From Limnothrix sp. BL-A-16 (lineage in GTDB: Bacteria > Cyanobacteriota > Cyanobacteriia > CACIAM-69d), in NCBI GenBank assembly GCA_041937175.2, contig CP166615.1:4064001-4128000 (forward strand): a DNA stretch of 64,000 nt, written 5' to 3'. Positions 49,087 to 58,826 of this stretch are shown here, piece by piece (position 1 is the first letter of the stretch; the number at the start of each line of letters is the position of its first letter). Under the pieces are notes generated by a model. It worked only from the letters and a program-made list of their open reading frames with translations, was not told the origin of the DNA and did not search any database. The position numbers and the translations under genes are program-made.

Positions 49087-50585
49087 AAATCACTTGTTCC
49101 TTGGGCAATCCGAAAGCCCACATGTTGATAGAAATGAGGTCGGAACCAATTGCGATAGGATGGCAGAGCCATGGAGCCATTGGTGGCCCAAGAACCACCC
49201 AGCATCATGCGGTGATCTTCATCAAAAAAAGGTGCTGACTGATCCTCATAAAGGGGATGAGGTTCAAAGCCCGGTAATGGATTAAAGGCATCAGCAATCC
49301 ATTCCCAAACATTGCCTCGCAAATCCGCAAGCCCTTGGGCGATCGCCCGGTTTGAATTCACGGCTCGGGGCGAGATCGATTGCCAGTGCAAATTGGGAGG
49401 CAATTCAGCAATGGGGCCTGAGTTTTGCCCAAAATCTTTCCCGAAAGCTTGCCCAAAATCTTGATCTAGATCTTGGATTAAAGGGCGGTTGAAGTGGGAA
49501 TCTGTTGGCTGATTCCAAGGCTGAAAATCATGACTTTGAGTAGGGTTTTGTGCCTCTGTGGTTGACCACTGCAATGCACGATTCCATTCCGCCTCGCTGA
49601 GCAGTCGCACGCCTTTACCCTTCCAGCAACAGAAGGCGATCGCCTCGTAATAGTTCACCTCTGCGGGCCAGGCGAGGGGTAAATCACATTCAAAAAAGGT
49701 CGATCGATACCGGTAGTGATCTTCTTGCGGAATCCAAAACTTGGGATGGGAAACCTGGTAAGTTTCGCGCCATTGCCAACCCTCTGCTGACCAGTAGGCG
49801 GCGTTTTGGTAGCCGCCGGCTGCCACGAACTCTTGATACTCTTGGTTGGTGATGAGGAACTGGCTCGCCCAAAAGCTGGGCACTTCCACTTCTCGGTGGC
49901 CATATTCACTATCCCAACCATAGGTGTGATCGGCTGGGGATTTGCCAAGGGTGACTGTGCCGCCGGGAATCCGGCGCATGAAATTTTGCGGTGCGGGCAA
50001 ATCCGTTGGGGCGATCGACCAATCGGCCGGACATCGCAGGCGATCGAGTGGTAATTGGCGCAACAACATCGAAGAGGTTTCAATGTGAATCCGTTGATGT
50101 TCGATCGCCATCAACAGGGCCCAAAGGGGATGTTTGGGGTGAATAGGCAGTTCAAAATCAGCAGTTAAGATGATTTGCTTGATCGCTGCCTTCACCCGAT
50201 CGCGATAGTCCCAAACAGCCGCCACTTCTGGCCATTGAATTTCGCCAATGACGGCATCCAATTCAACAGCAGTGTTAGGGTCAACCCCGATTTCAAACAA
50301 CTGCTCATAGTCCGGGTTCAGCCGTTGCGACCACAGGCCAACTCGCACTAACTTATTGACATAAAAAACCGCTGAATGTCCTAGATAGAAAATCAGCGGG
50401 TTGCGTAGGGGATCTGGTCGTAAATAAAAGGTGGCTGGCTCTGCCAAACTGCTTAGCAGCTTATCTTCTAAAGCCCAGGCATCCTGAAAATAATGCAGCA
50501 GTTCCTGCGAGCAACAACGGTCTAACCGTGGCACAGTTGGGGCTGAATTCATCCGAAGGTCAGCCGGATTGGTTGCAACAGTCAT
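49077..50585 (-). CDS. Non-heme iron sulfoxide synthase of the OvoA-like clade, no methyltransferase domain; probable EgtB function
   Basis: DinB-like PLIFYLGH and EHQRIH iron ligands, ETSSMLLRQLP, YGWDSEYG, FGE-sulfatase domain GNVWEW; overlaps the egtD start. Confidence 0.88.
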   Translation of the reverse strand: MTVATNPADLRMNSAPTVPRLDRCCSQELLHYFQDAWALEDKLLSSLAEPATFYLRPDPLRNPLIFYLGHSAVFYVNKLVRVGLWSQRLNPDYEQLFEIGVDPNTAVELDAVIGEIQWPEVAAVWDYRDRVKAAIKQIILTADFELPIHPKHPLWALLMAIEHQRIHIETSSMLLRQLPLDRLRCPADWSIAPTDLPAPQNFMRRIPGGTVTLGKSPADHTYGWDSEYGHREVEVPSFWASQFLITNQEYQEFVAAGGYQNAAYWSAEGWQWRETYQVSHPKFWIPQEDHYRYRSTFFECDLPLAWPAEVNYYEAIAFCCWKGKGVRLLSEAEWNRALQWSTTEAQNPTQSHDFQPWNQPTDSHFNRPLIQDLDQDFGQAFGKDFGQNSGPIAELPPNLHWQSISPRAVNSNRAIAQGLADLRGNVWEWIADAFNPLPGFEPHPLYEDQSAPFFDEDHRMMLGGSWATNGSMALPSYRNWFRPHFYQHVGFRIAQGTSDLCH

Positions 50586-50865
50586 ATGGCTAGATCACCA
50601 CGACGATTTCAAATGATCTGATCTCCAATGGTTTTAGCATTGGGCAATGGCCCGAGCCATCCCTTGAAAATCAAGACTGAATTTTCCCCATTGCGGTCAA
50701 AACCGATCCAGAAGGATCGGTTGAGGTCACTTGCTTTGCAGTGAGTCTTGCCTAATTAGGATTTCCATGAGACAAGGGCAAAGGCTTGGGGAATTGTGTT
50801 CCCATCCTCAGTCTGATTTTGGATCCTGAAGGGGAACTTCAGCAATTCTTCAGCGTTATGGGATC

Positions 50866-50915
50866 CATTTCTTCACAAAGTGTGATTGAACATTTCTTCA
50901 CAGAGTGTGATTGAA
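50866..50915. repeat. 25-bp direct repeat x2, each with TCACA-N3-TGTGA
   Basis: CATTTCTTCACAAAGTGTGATTGAA and CATTTCTTCACAGAGTGTGATTGAA. Confidence 0.85.
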
Positions 50916-51048
50916 ATTCCCTTGAAGAATCGCTGTCCGCAATTCGTTTTACAGATCATGTCTAAGCACCCCTTCCCAAGGTCGATCGGGGCGGCCAGCA
51001 GCATCACAGAAAACGATCAGTCAGATCACTCAACTGTAAAAGCCAAAC

Positions 51049-51714
51049 CTAAAACAGTCCACGGTAGCGTATAAAAACTAACAACGCTGCCCAGGATCCC
51101 AAGGCCACTTTCACGGCTACTAGAAAGTTTAAAACGGGCAATAAACCGCCGCTGGCGAGGGTTCCTAACTCACCGTGGGGCAATTCGTACCCAATTAAGG
51201 TGATGACAGCCAAAGCGATGAAAACAAGGACGGAAATTTTTTCCCAAGTTGCAGCTCGCCAACGCTGATAAAGATTCTGCATCCAGTCCGGTGAAGCGGT
51301 AATGGTCACTAATCCGATCGCAGTGCCCCCCGCCACACCCGCTGCAAAGCCACCTCCGGGGCTGAGGTGACCGCGAATTCCTAGCTCGATCGCGACCAGG
51401 GCAGCAATCGTGGCCCCTAACCGCGCCAGCACGATCGAGGGCTGATCCACCAATCGTTGAATTGAGCAGGATGGATTTTCATTGGCCAATAAAAATTGCG
51501 ATCCCATGATTGCAATTGTAAAGACCACCACCTCAAAAATGGTGTCGTATAACCGATTGCGAAAAATGATCCCCGAAACAGCATTCGGAACCCCGCTGTC
51601 GGTCACCACCGCCTGCACAATTTCAGCCCCAATCACATCTGGTGCGTAGTTGGGAAACAGCACCATTTTGCAATAGAATGCTAAGCCTGCCAGTACATAA
51701 ATCCACTTAATCAT
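51049..51714 (-). CDS. mrpB: Mrp/Mnh Na+/H+ antiporter subunit B
   Basis: NRLYDTIFEVVVF, GHLSPGGGFAAG. Confidence 0.88.
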   Translation of the reverse strand: MIKWIYVLAGLAFYCKMVLFPNYAPDVIGAEIVQAVVTDSGVPNAVSGIIFRNRLYDTIFEVVVFTIAIMGSQFLLANENPSCSIQRLVDQPSIVLARLGATIAALVAIELGIRGHLSPGGGFAAGVAGGTAIGLVTITASPDWMQNLYQRWRAATWEKISVLVFIALAVITLIGYELPHGELGTLASGGLLPVLNFLVAVKVALGSWAALLVFIRYRGLF

Positions 51715-52442
51715 GAGGGTTTGCGCTCCTGGGTGAGGGTGACATTGGCTGACGAATCAGTTGATAAATTGGCTAATAAATTGGCTGACTGATGCGCTGA
51801 CTGATAACTAATGGTGGCCAAGTCTGACAGGGGCTTTTCCCGCATAATTTCGTAGAGCCGTTGAACTCGGGTGATGAGTTGTGGCTTTTCGGAATTGGGC
51901 TGAGGGGTTGTTGAATCTTCTGGGGCACTTGAGAGACCGAATGTTGGCGCATAAATGGCATGAACTTCCCGATCGCCCAAGGCTCGCTGGAGTGCCGTCA
52001 GGCTGGGATAGGGAACCAATTCAATGCGGAGGTAAAAGGGCTTGAATGTATTTGCTAAACATTCCACGACCGTGGGATCTAATTCCGCATTGGCAGACTC
52101 TTGGGTTAAGTCAGGTGCGTGGGTTTCTGGGTCTAAATGCAGTAAATGAGGCGGGGTAACGATAGTTGGATCTTCTAGATATCCCAACTGCAAAACCAAG
52201 GACGATCGCACGGCAATTGCATACAGTGTAATTGCCAGCAATGTGCCCATGAGTGCTTCCGTTAAAGACACATCAGCAGCACCCAAAATCGCATAAACAG
52301 CCGCCGCCAAAGCGCCCAAAATGCCACGAATCACCAGTGCATGGTAAGGATTCGATTGAAAAATCACCATCGCTGCCGAAAGTGGCAACAGCGCAGTGAT
52401 CACATAAATTGGCAAATCATTAACCCAGTTCAACTCATTCAT
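51711..52442 (-). CDS. Mrp-associated DUF4040 / MbhD-like subunit with soluble C-terminal domain
   Basis: LGAADVSLTEALMG motif; translationally coupled to both neighbours. Confidence 0.8.
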   Translation of the reverse strand: MNELNWVNDLPIYVITALLPLSAAMVIFQSNPYHALVIRGILGALAAAVYAILGAADVSLTEALMGTLLAITLYAIAVRSSLVLQLGYLEDPTIVTPPHLLHLDPETHAPDLTQESANAELDPTVVECLANTFKPFYLRIELVPYPSLTALQRALGDREVHAIYAPTFGLSSAPEDSTTPQPNSEKPQLITRVQRLYEIMREKPLSDLATISYQSAHQSANLLANLSTDSSANVTLTQERKPS

Positions 52443-52735
52443 GGTTGGTCTCCGCTGGTGGAGCAGTAGGCCAAAACATAGCCCAACATGGTGTTCCAAA
52501 CGGCCAAACAAATCATGGCTAAAATGAGCAATGGCCACTCATTGGGAATCTTTAATAGCAACCCAAACACGATCGCCAAAGATCCCAAAGTGTCCGCCAC
52601 CGATAAGCCGTGCAATTTAAAAAGTACCGATCGGCGGGTGAGTAATTGTGTTGTGCCCCAAAACCAAAACACCATCCCACCCACTAAACAAACATTGCTG
52701 ATGCCATCAATCAAAGGCATTTCCGTCCAGGCCAT
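52439..52735 (-). CDS. mrpG: Mrp antiporter subunit G
   Basis: KLHGLSVADTLG; three TMs; cluster context. Confidence 0.85.
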   Translation of the reverse strand: MAWTEMPLIDGISNVCLVGGMVFWFWGTTQLLTRRSVLFKLHGLSVADTLGSLAIVFGLLLKIPNEWPLLILAMICLAVWNTMLGYVLAYCSTSGDQP

Positions 52736-52737
52736 AA

Positions 52738-53016
52738 TTAGGCTTCTCCCATTCGTTTCAAAACGTTAGCCAGCAGCATTAATCCCGCATTGCCCACGCT
52801 CAACACAATCACTGCTACAACCCCGATCGACCAATCATCGCGCTGTACTGAAACCAGCAAAATGGCGATTGAAACCTTGCTGGAAACACTCGATAGGGCC
52901 AACATCTTTTGCCAAACGTCTTCCTCCGTGCAGGCCTTATAAATTGGGATGAGTAAAGCCAAAATAGCCGCAATCAAAATGGCATTGGTCATGGTGAATT
53001 GAGCAACCTGAATCAC
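52738..53016 (-). CDS. mrpF: Mrp antiporter subunit F-like
   Basis: Small three-TM protein located between E and G. Confidence 0.65.
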   Translation of the reverse strand: MIQVAQFTMTNAILIAAILALLIPIYKACTEEDVWQKMLALSSVSSKVSIAILLVSVQRDDWSIGVVAVIVLSVGNAGLMLLANVLKRMGEA

Positions 53017-53049
53017 GACGTTGAGCAGTCACGGTGAAGCAATCAAAAC

Positions 53050-53436
53050 CTAGGGATCAATTTTGTGAACGGCATAGCCGGTTTTTTTGTCGTATCGGCA
53101 AACGATGGTTTTGGGGGTGAAGGTAATGAGAAAAATGTCTAAGAAAATCAGTTGAGTTGATCGCCGCTGAGGAACCTGTTCCCAAACAATGCTTTCCCGA
53201 TGATGGGGACGGAGCATGATTTCAATGGATTCGATATAGGCCATGGGAATGGCAGTTGCGATCTTCCAGAAAATGGTGAGCCAATCTTTGAGGCGATCGG
53301 GTGCAAAGGATTGACGCGGCAAAAGCACAGCGACCGCAATCCCGATCGCGAGGTTGACCCCGCTGCCATCGGCTGTTAGCAACAACCAAATCAGAAGGCG
53401 AAATAAAATAATTGCGAGCCGGCCGATCTTTACCAT
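53050..53436 (-). CDS. mrpE: Mrp antiporter subunit E
   Basis: IWLLLT, NLAIG, LITFTPKT (variant of ITLTPGT). Confidence 0.8.
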   Translation of the reverse strand: MVKIGRLAIILFRLLIWLLLTADGSGVNLAIGIAVAVLLPRQSFAPDRLKDWLTIFWKIATAIPMAYIESIEIMLRPHHRESIVWEQVPQRRSTQLIFLDIFLITFTPKTIVCRYDKKTGYAVHKIDP

Positions 53437-55058
53437 GACAATGCCATCCAAAACAGCACAACAGACGTTAAACTCATGGCCCCCACCAGGTGGTCAAATT
53501 CTTCGGCCACCTGAGGTAATTTCACAGTGCTTTGACGAATCACAACCCAATAGATCAGCCAGCCTGCGGCAATGGTGAAACCAGCTTTACTGGCACTATC
53601 GATCGTGTAAGCGGCCCCATAAAAACCATTGGCGAGTACCAAGCTGACGAGCAGTAAAGTCACTGCAATCCAAAGCCCAGAATTAGTAGTGGTGGCGGCT
53701 GCTTTGGGTTCCAAATAGGCGGCACTCGTGCCAGAAAAATCTAGGTTTTGGGTAGCCAAACCTGATGGAGCTAATGCTGAGCTAGCCATGGCGGCTATTT
53801 CGGGTTGCGGCAGAGCATGGGATGTGATTTGACCTGCCCCTTGGTCATTGCCGATCGCCTTGCCAAAGGATGGGAATCCATGGGGTTTGAGGAAGATGAA
53901 TTTCGCAAAGGAAATGGCTGTTCCGATCGCGGCTGCATTCATCAGCATGGTTTGCCAAGGTTGCAGTTCTTTCAGGGTTAAAGCCTTGGCTGCAAAACCA
54001 GCTAAAAGAGGCAACCCAGAAATCGACAAACTAGCTAGCAGCAAGCCAACCCAAAGGGTGCGATCGATCGTTTGGCTTTTTAAAACTTTGAAGTTGCGGC
54101 TGGGCAAAGAACCCGCCAATAGAAACAAACAAGACTTCACCAAGCCATGGGTAAGGGCATAGAAGCCACCCACCAAGGGCGCGGCCAAAACAAATCCCAA
54201 TTGCGAAATGGTGTGAAAGGCCAACATTCGTTTGGTGTCCTTTTCAAACATGGCGTAGCTAACCCCTAAAAGGGCTGTTGCGACCCCAAAGATTCGGACA
54301 ATTAAGTCCAAATCATCAGACACCAAAGCACAGCGCAACAGAGGTAAAATACTGGCTTTAATGGCGATTCCTGAAAGCAGGGCTGACACGGAAGTTTCTG
54401 ATTCTGAGTGGGTGAGCGGTAGCCACAAACCGGAGATAAAAACCCCACCTTTCACCAACAGTCCTAAAAAGATGAGGGCGATCGCCTCCGGCGGAGCCTT
54501 GGCAAGACCTGCCAGGGCAAAGGAATGTTGATGTTGATAAACGGAAACTGCCCCCACCAGGTAAAACAACATGGCAGCATTGCTAATGAAGAGATAGCGC
54601 AGGGCGACCCAAATGGAGCGATCGCTGCGGGGATAGGCAATTAGCAAAAAAGCTGCAATGCCGCTAACTTCCAGGGCAATATAAATGCTGACTAAATCAG
54701 CGCAAATAAAAGCCGCATTGAGGCTGCCATGGAGCATTAACAATTGGCTGTAGAAAAATGCTTTCTTGGGACTTTGCCAGGAGTAGCACAAGACTGCGAG
54801 GGTGACGATCGCATTGGTCAAAATGAAAAAAGCCGCCAGGGAATCGGCAACCAAAGTCACCCCAAAGCGATCCAAGAGGGTCAGCGGCAAGGGAGCATTG
54901 GCGGTGAACAGCAGCCCAGCGTAAACGGCTGAGGTGACGGCAACCAACAGGGACAAGACGCGATCGAGCTTGGGCAGCAGGGCAATCGTAAATCCCACCA
55001 TCAGGGAAAAAACAACCCAGCCAACGGTTAAAGGTTCCAAGGTAGAAGATGCAAGCAT
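53430..55058 (-). CDS. mrpD: Mrp antiporter subunit D (NuoL/M/N-like)
   Basis: IYIALEV, LWLPLTHS, KRMLAFHTISQLG, HGLVKSCLFL, GLPLLAGFAAK. Confidence 0.88.
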   Translation of the reverse strand: MLASSTLEPLTVGWVVFSLMVGFTIALLPKLDRVLSLLVAVTSAVYAGLLFTANAPLPLTLLDRFGVTLVADSLAAFFILTNAIVTLAVLCYSWQSPKKAFFYSQLLMLHGSLNAAFICADLVSIYIALEVSGIAAFLLIAYPRSDRSIWVALRYLFISNAAMLFYLVGAVSVYQHQHSFALAGLAKAPPEAIALIFLGLLVKGGVFISGLWLPLTHSESETSVSALLSGIAIKASILPLLRCALVSDDLDLIVRIFGVATALLGVSYAMFEKDTKRMLAFHTISQLGFVLAAPLVGGFYALTHGLVKSCLFLLAGSLPSRNFKVLKSQTIDRTLWVGLLLASLSISGLPLLAGFAAKALTLKELQPWQTMLMNAAAIGTAISFAKFIFLKPHGFPSFGKAIGNDQGAGQITSHALPQPEIAAMASSALAPSGLATQNLDFSGTSAAYLEPKAAATTTNSGLWIAVTLLLVSLVLANGFYGAAYTIDSASKAGFTIAAGWLIYWVVIRQSTVKLPQVAEEFDHLVGAMSLTSVVLFWMALSW

Positions 55059-55477
55059 GGTGGCTTCTGGGGGTGGTGAATGAGCCAGCAGTGGGCTATC
55101 AGCGACTCGATCCAGGGCGGGGCTAGCTCAGGACGCGATCGCATCCTGAACCATTGTTGAGCCATTTGGGATGCTGAGAATTGACGGAGTTTGGGCGGGC
55201 AACGCCGCTCAACTCAGCAAGCATTTGTGGAATGATGAATGGTCAACGGAACAGTTAACTAAGGGATAGATTCAGACTTAACTCAAAGTTAATTTGCACT
55301 TAAACCTGAATCCATAAACGACTCAATCAAGAGTTATGAAATCAGAACCAACTCAAATGAGTCAATCGGGACTAATTTCAACAGAGTTAACTTTTCAACG
55401 GAGTTAATCGAAAATTAATTGCCAGTTGACCTGAGCGCATTCCTCACTGAGAGCCAATTGGAAAATCAGCGAACTGC

Positions 55478-55816
55478 CTATCGCTGATTATTTTTCTCAA
55501 TTTCAGCCGTTTCCAGGGTTGGATTATCCCGCGCTAACTTCATCACACCTACCAGCATCAGCGCTTGGATGGAAAAGCCAATCACGATCGCTGTCAGAAT
55601 CACCGCTTGGGGTACTGGATCCGCATAAGTCACATCACGGGGAGGTGATTGCAAAATGGGTGTAAATAGACCCGATCGCGCCGCTATGAGCACATAATAG
55701 GCAATAACACCTGTGCTCATCACATCCATTGAGACAATTTTCATGACTAGATTTTTCTTCAAAATCATGCCGAAAAATCCTAATAAAATAGTGGCAAAAA
55801 CAAATCCTTCTAACAT
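55478..55816 (-). CDS. mrpC: Mrp antiporter subunit C
   Basis: KKNLVMKI, DPVPQAVILTAIVIGF. Confidence 0.92.
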   Translation of the reverse strand: MLEGFVFATILLGFFGMILKKNLVMKIVSMDVMSTGVIAYYVLIAARSGLFTPILQSPPRDVTYADPVPQAVILTAIVIGFSIQALMLVGVMKLARDNPTLETAEIEKNNQR

Positions 55817-56240
55817 GGCTAGTTACTCTATGGCGAAAGGCATTTGAATCAACAACTCTGGAAATAAATCAACGTAATGAAAAATTGCCTAGGGCAGACT
55901 GATTAGCACAAGGGGCACAAATTGCTTATACAGAACAATTTGATCCTATTTTGACGAAATGCTTAGACAGAGAATTCAAAAATGGTCAGGCTGATGCGAA
56001 ACTGCTAAGGCCCATCTAGCCCATTGGATGAGTGTGTTGCTGTCACCAGATAATTCAATTACTCTTTTTTAGTACTGATTTAACGACTATACTATGGAGC
56101 GCTTGAGGATTGATCGCCTTGGTCAATTAGAGACTGACATAAAAACTTAATTGTTTGATTGAATTTTCCTATTTGAATCTGAACCGATGGGTGCTGTTTG
56201 GAAAGGAGCAGGGACAGGAAGCACGCAACCGCAATCAATA

Positions 56241-56279
56241 GGGCGATCGAGTGGCCCATTGCAGCCTGCTCGATCGCCC
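56241..56279 (-). terminator. Hairpin downstream of the ABC substrate-binding gene
   Basis: GGGCGATCGAG...CTCGATCGCCC inverted repeat. Confidence 0.45.
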
Positions 56280-56351
56280 CGGTGGCACTGAGTGCCGAAT
56301 ATTATGAAGTTTGATGAAGCTTGATTGGGTGCGACGGAATTCGATCGCCCC

Positions 56352-57707
56352 CTATTGCAACTTCACCTTGCCCTTAATCGAAATCTTGCCGTCACTCTCC
56401 ACATTCCAAACGTCGTAGTTCCCCACCACGTCGCCGTTCTCATCAATGTCCACGTTGCCGCTTGCGCCCTGGTAGTTAATCTTCTTGCCCGCCTTCAGCA
56501 ACTCCAGCCCCTTGCAGACATCGGTAACCGCTTCCCCGTCGCCGCTCGACACTTCCCGAATTTTGCTTTGGATGCCTGTGCCCGTGTTTTCGCCGGCCGC
56601 TTGGGCTGCCAAGGCCATCAACATCACCGCATCCCAGGTTTGGGGCACAAAAGCGGCGGGGGCTTTGTTCAGCTTCCGTTGCACCAACTCTGTCAGGGCC
56701 GTGAGGCTTTCGCCGTCGGCTCCGGGCACTGTCCCGATCGCCCCGGCCACAATCGGTTTTCCATCGGATCCCATCCCCACCTGTTTGGCCAGGTCGTCGG
56801 TCTTCATGCCGTCCGTCAGCATGATTTGCACCCCCTTGCTCAGGCCTTGCTCATAGGCCGCCTTCAGCAACAGGGCCCCACTTTCCACATAAAGAATCGC
56901 CGCCACCGCGTCGGGTTTTTGGCTGAAGGCCGCGTTCACTTCCGATTCAAAGGTGGCCGCCTTGGGGTCGTAGCGGGTGGGTTTGGCCTCATTCACCACC
57001 GTGCCGCCCAGTTTTTTGAACGCCGCGATGAATTTTTGCTCAAATCCCACGCCGTAATCGTTATTAATCACGATCGTGGAAACCCGCTTGTGGCCCCGCT
57101 CAAAGGCTAGCTTGGCCAACGCTTCGGCCTGGTAGGTATCCGGCGGAGCCGTCCGGGCCCAAAATCCTTGAAATTCACCCTTTTTCGCCCGTTCCGTGAA
57201 TACGGGGCTGGTGCTGCCGGGCGAAATCATCATCACCTTGTTGCGCACGGCCACATCCACCGCAGCGCCGGAAACACTGCTGGCAAAGGAGCCAACTACC
57301 CCGGCCACCTTGTCCACTTCCACCAGCTTGGTCATCCCTTCCACGCCCACGGTCGGATCCGTTTGGTCATCGGCCAGCACCAGGCTCACGGGTTTGCCGT
57401 TTACGCCTCCGCAGGCGTTAATCGTTTCCACGGCCAGGGGCAAAACTTCGGACATGGGCTGCCCGATCGACTGTAAATCGCCTGTGGTGGGCAACAGGGC
57501 CCCCAACTTCAGCCCATCGGCAGGCGCGGCGGCTTCCGGACTGCCTCCGGCGGGGGATGCGTTGGGCTGTCCGGCACAGGCTCCGAGCAAACTGGTCAAG
57601 GCCGCCACGGCCATCAGGGCTGGCCAGGTGCGACGCGGCTGTCTGGCTCGCGAGGTCAATTGTGGTTTCATGGGGTCGTGATGCTCGGGCATCGCAGTCA
57701 TGGTCAT
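56352..57707 (-). CDS. ABC transporter substrate-binding lipoprotein, branched-chain/neutral amino acid (Liv/NatB-like) family
   Basis: Lipobox LGAC, LGALLPTTG, GGVNG, ISPGSTSP, RTAPPDTYQA, YQGASG. Confidence 0.9.
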   Translation of the reverse strand: MTMTAMPEHHDPMKPQLTSRARQPRRTWPALMAVAALTSLLGACAGQPNASPAGGSPEAAAPADGLKLGALLPTTGDLQSIGQPMSEVLPLAVETINACGGVNGKPVSLVLADDQTDPTVGVEGMTKLVEVDKVAGVVGSFASSVSGAAVDVAVRNKVMMISPGSTSPVFTERAKKGEFQGFWARTAPPDTYQAEALAKLAFERGHKRVSTIVINNDYGVGFEQKFIAAFKKLGGTVVNEAKPTRYDPKAATFESEVNAAFSQKPDAVAAILYVESGALLLKAAYEQGLSKGVQIMLTDGMKTDDLAKQVGMGSDGKPIVAGAIGTVPGADGESLTALTELVQRKLNKAPAAFVPQTWDAVMLMALAAQAAGENTGTGIQSKIREVSSGDGEAVTDVCKGLELLKAGKKINYQGASGNVDIDENGDVVGNYDVWNVESDGKISIKGKVKLQ

Positions 57708-57881
57708 TCACTCCTCAAGAATTGGAAAACCCAATGCGGCCTAGTCTTAGCCCGTTCTGGCTCGATCGAGCAAATCGATCGCCCAGGAGCCTCGGCCCTG
57801 AGTTTGCTCCTGGGTTGATCAGACTGGTTGATCAGATGGGTTGATCAAATCAGGGGCCGGTCTGAAGCCCGGGTGGATCTA

Positions 57882-57998
57882 ATCTCTCAATCTAATATTC
57901 AAATTCCATCTCTGAAACTGATCTCTAGACCTAATCTCTAGAATTCGTCTCTAGAACCCATCCCTAGACCTAATCTCTAGAATTCATCTTTGAAATCC
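57882..57998. repeat. Degenerate 13-bp tandem array, nine units
   Basis: Units start at 57882, 57895, 57908, 57921, 57934, 57947, 57960, 57973, 57986; consensus approximately ATCTCTAGAAYYH. Confidence 0.8.
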
Positions 57999-58039
57999 AT
58001 GAGTCTTCAATTTGCCTATGAATTTCATAATCGCCCGCG

Positions 58040-58161
58040 AGGGATATCTGAAAAGTATCTTTGGAGACTGGCAAAGCACCCATAAGCGTGGATGCAAGGC
58101 ATTTCAGCCCTTTACCTGTGTCGATCGACCACGGATCAATTCTGGCTTTTCAGATTTGGCT
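58040..58161 (-). mobile_element. Decayed MITE copy G (outer element)
   Basis: GGGATATCTGAAAAGTATCTTT start as in copy F, eroded palindrome CAAGGCATTTCAGCCCTTT, ends TGGCTTTTCAGA. Confidence 0.65.
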
Positions 58162-58292
58162 TTTCGGGGATCCGCTCAAGCCGATAGATTTTTAAAAATA
58201 TCTGTGACTGATGACTATTTTAATCGGGGTTAAACAGTCGCTGGCAGCCGTGATTGAAGCGATGCAAACTCTGATGCAAAGCCTGTTCAGAA

Positions 58293-58382
58293 CGGAGAGA
58301 GAGGGATTCGAACCCTCGGAGAGTCTAAACGACCCTCAACAGATTAGCAATCTGCCGCTTTCGACCACTCAGCCATCTCTCC
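58293..58382 (-). tRNA. trnS: tRNA-Ser (GCT)
   Basis: Reverse complement GGAGAGATGGCTGAGTGGTCGAAAGC, anticodon arm GCAGA-TTGCTAA-TCTGT, long variable arm, GGTTCGAATCC. Confidence 0.97.
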
Positions 58383-58603
58383 AGAAGGCGCTGTGTTGAC
58401 AACGCGAGCTACATAGTAGCAGAGTTTTTTTGATTCTGTGAAGGGTTTTGGGAACAGTTTCAATTTTTTTGTTTTCAGGGAGCCATGACCAGCGGCGATC
58501 GCCCGATCGCGTTGAGTTCAGTTTCGGGGCGCGGTGTTCTCAGCGGTGGTCTCAAAGGATTGCTTGTGGGGGCGATCGGGCGATTCGTCCCCTCGGCGGT
58601 TTG

Positions 58604-58639
58604 TGTAAAAGTTAAGGAATATGTAAAAGTTAAGGAATA
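58604..58639. repeat. Perfect 18-bp tandem duplication
   Basis: TGTAAAAGTTAAGGAATA x2. Confidence 0.85.
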
Positions 58640-58826
58640 TTATGAAGTGCTAGGCTCAAATTAGGCAGCTCACGGCGCGATCGCTCCCGCTGTATCGGGG
58701 TCTCAAGCATCAGCCAACCCTAACCCTCAGCCAGCCCCTTCGTTAGACCAAGCTGCCATACGCTAGCGTCTAAATCCCTAAACACTTCTCAAAACATCTG
58801 AATCAACCAGCTAGGCTTCCTTCTCT

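Noticed and set aside
57882..57998. Possible CRISPR array (also considered for the dispersed AAGGGGCTTAAGCCCCTT copies)
   Set aside because: No constant repeat with unique 30-40-bp spacers, and no cas genes in the window.
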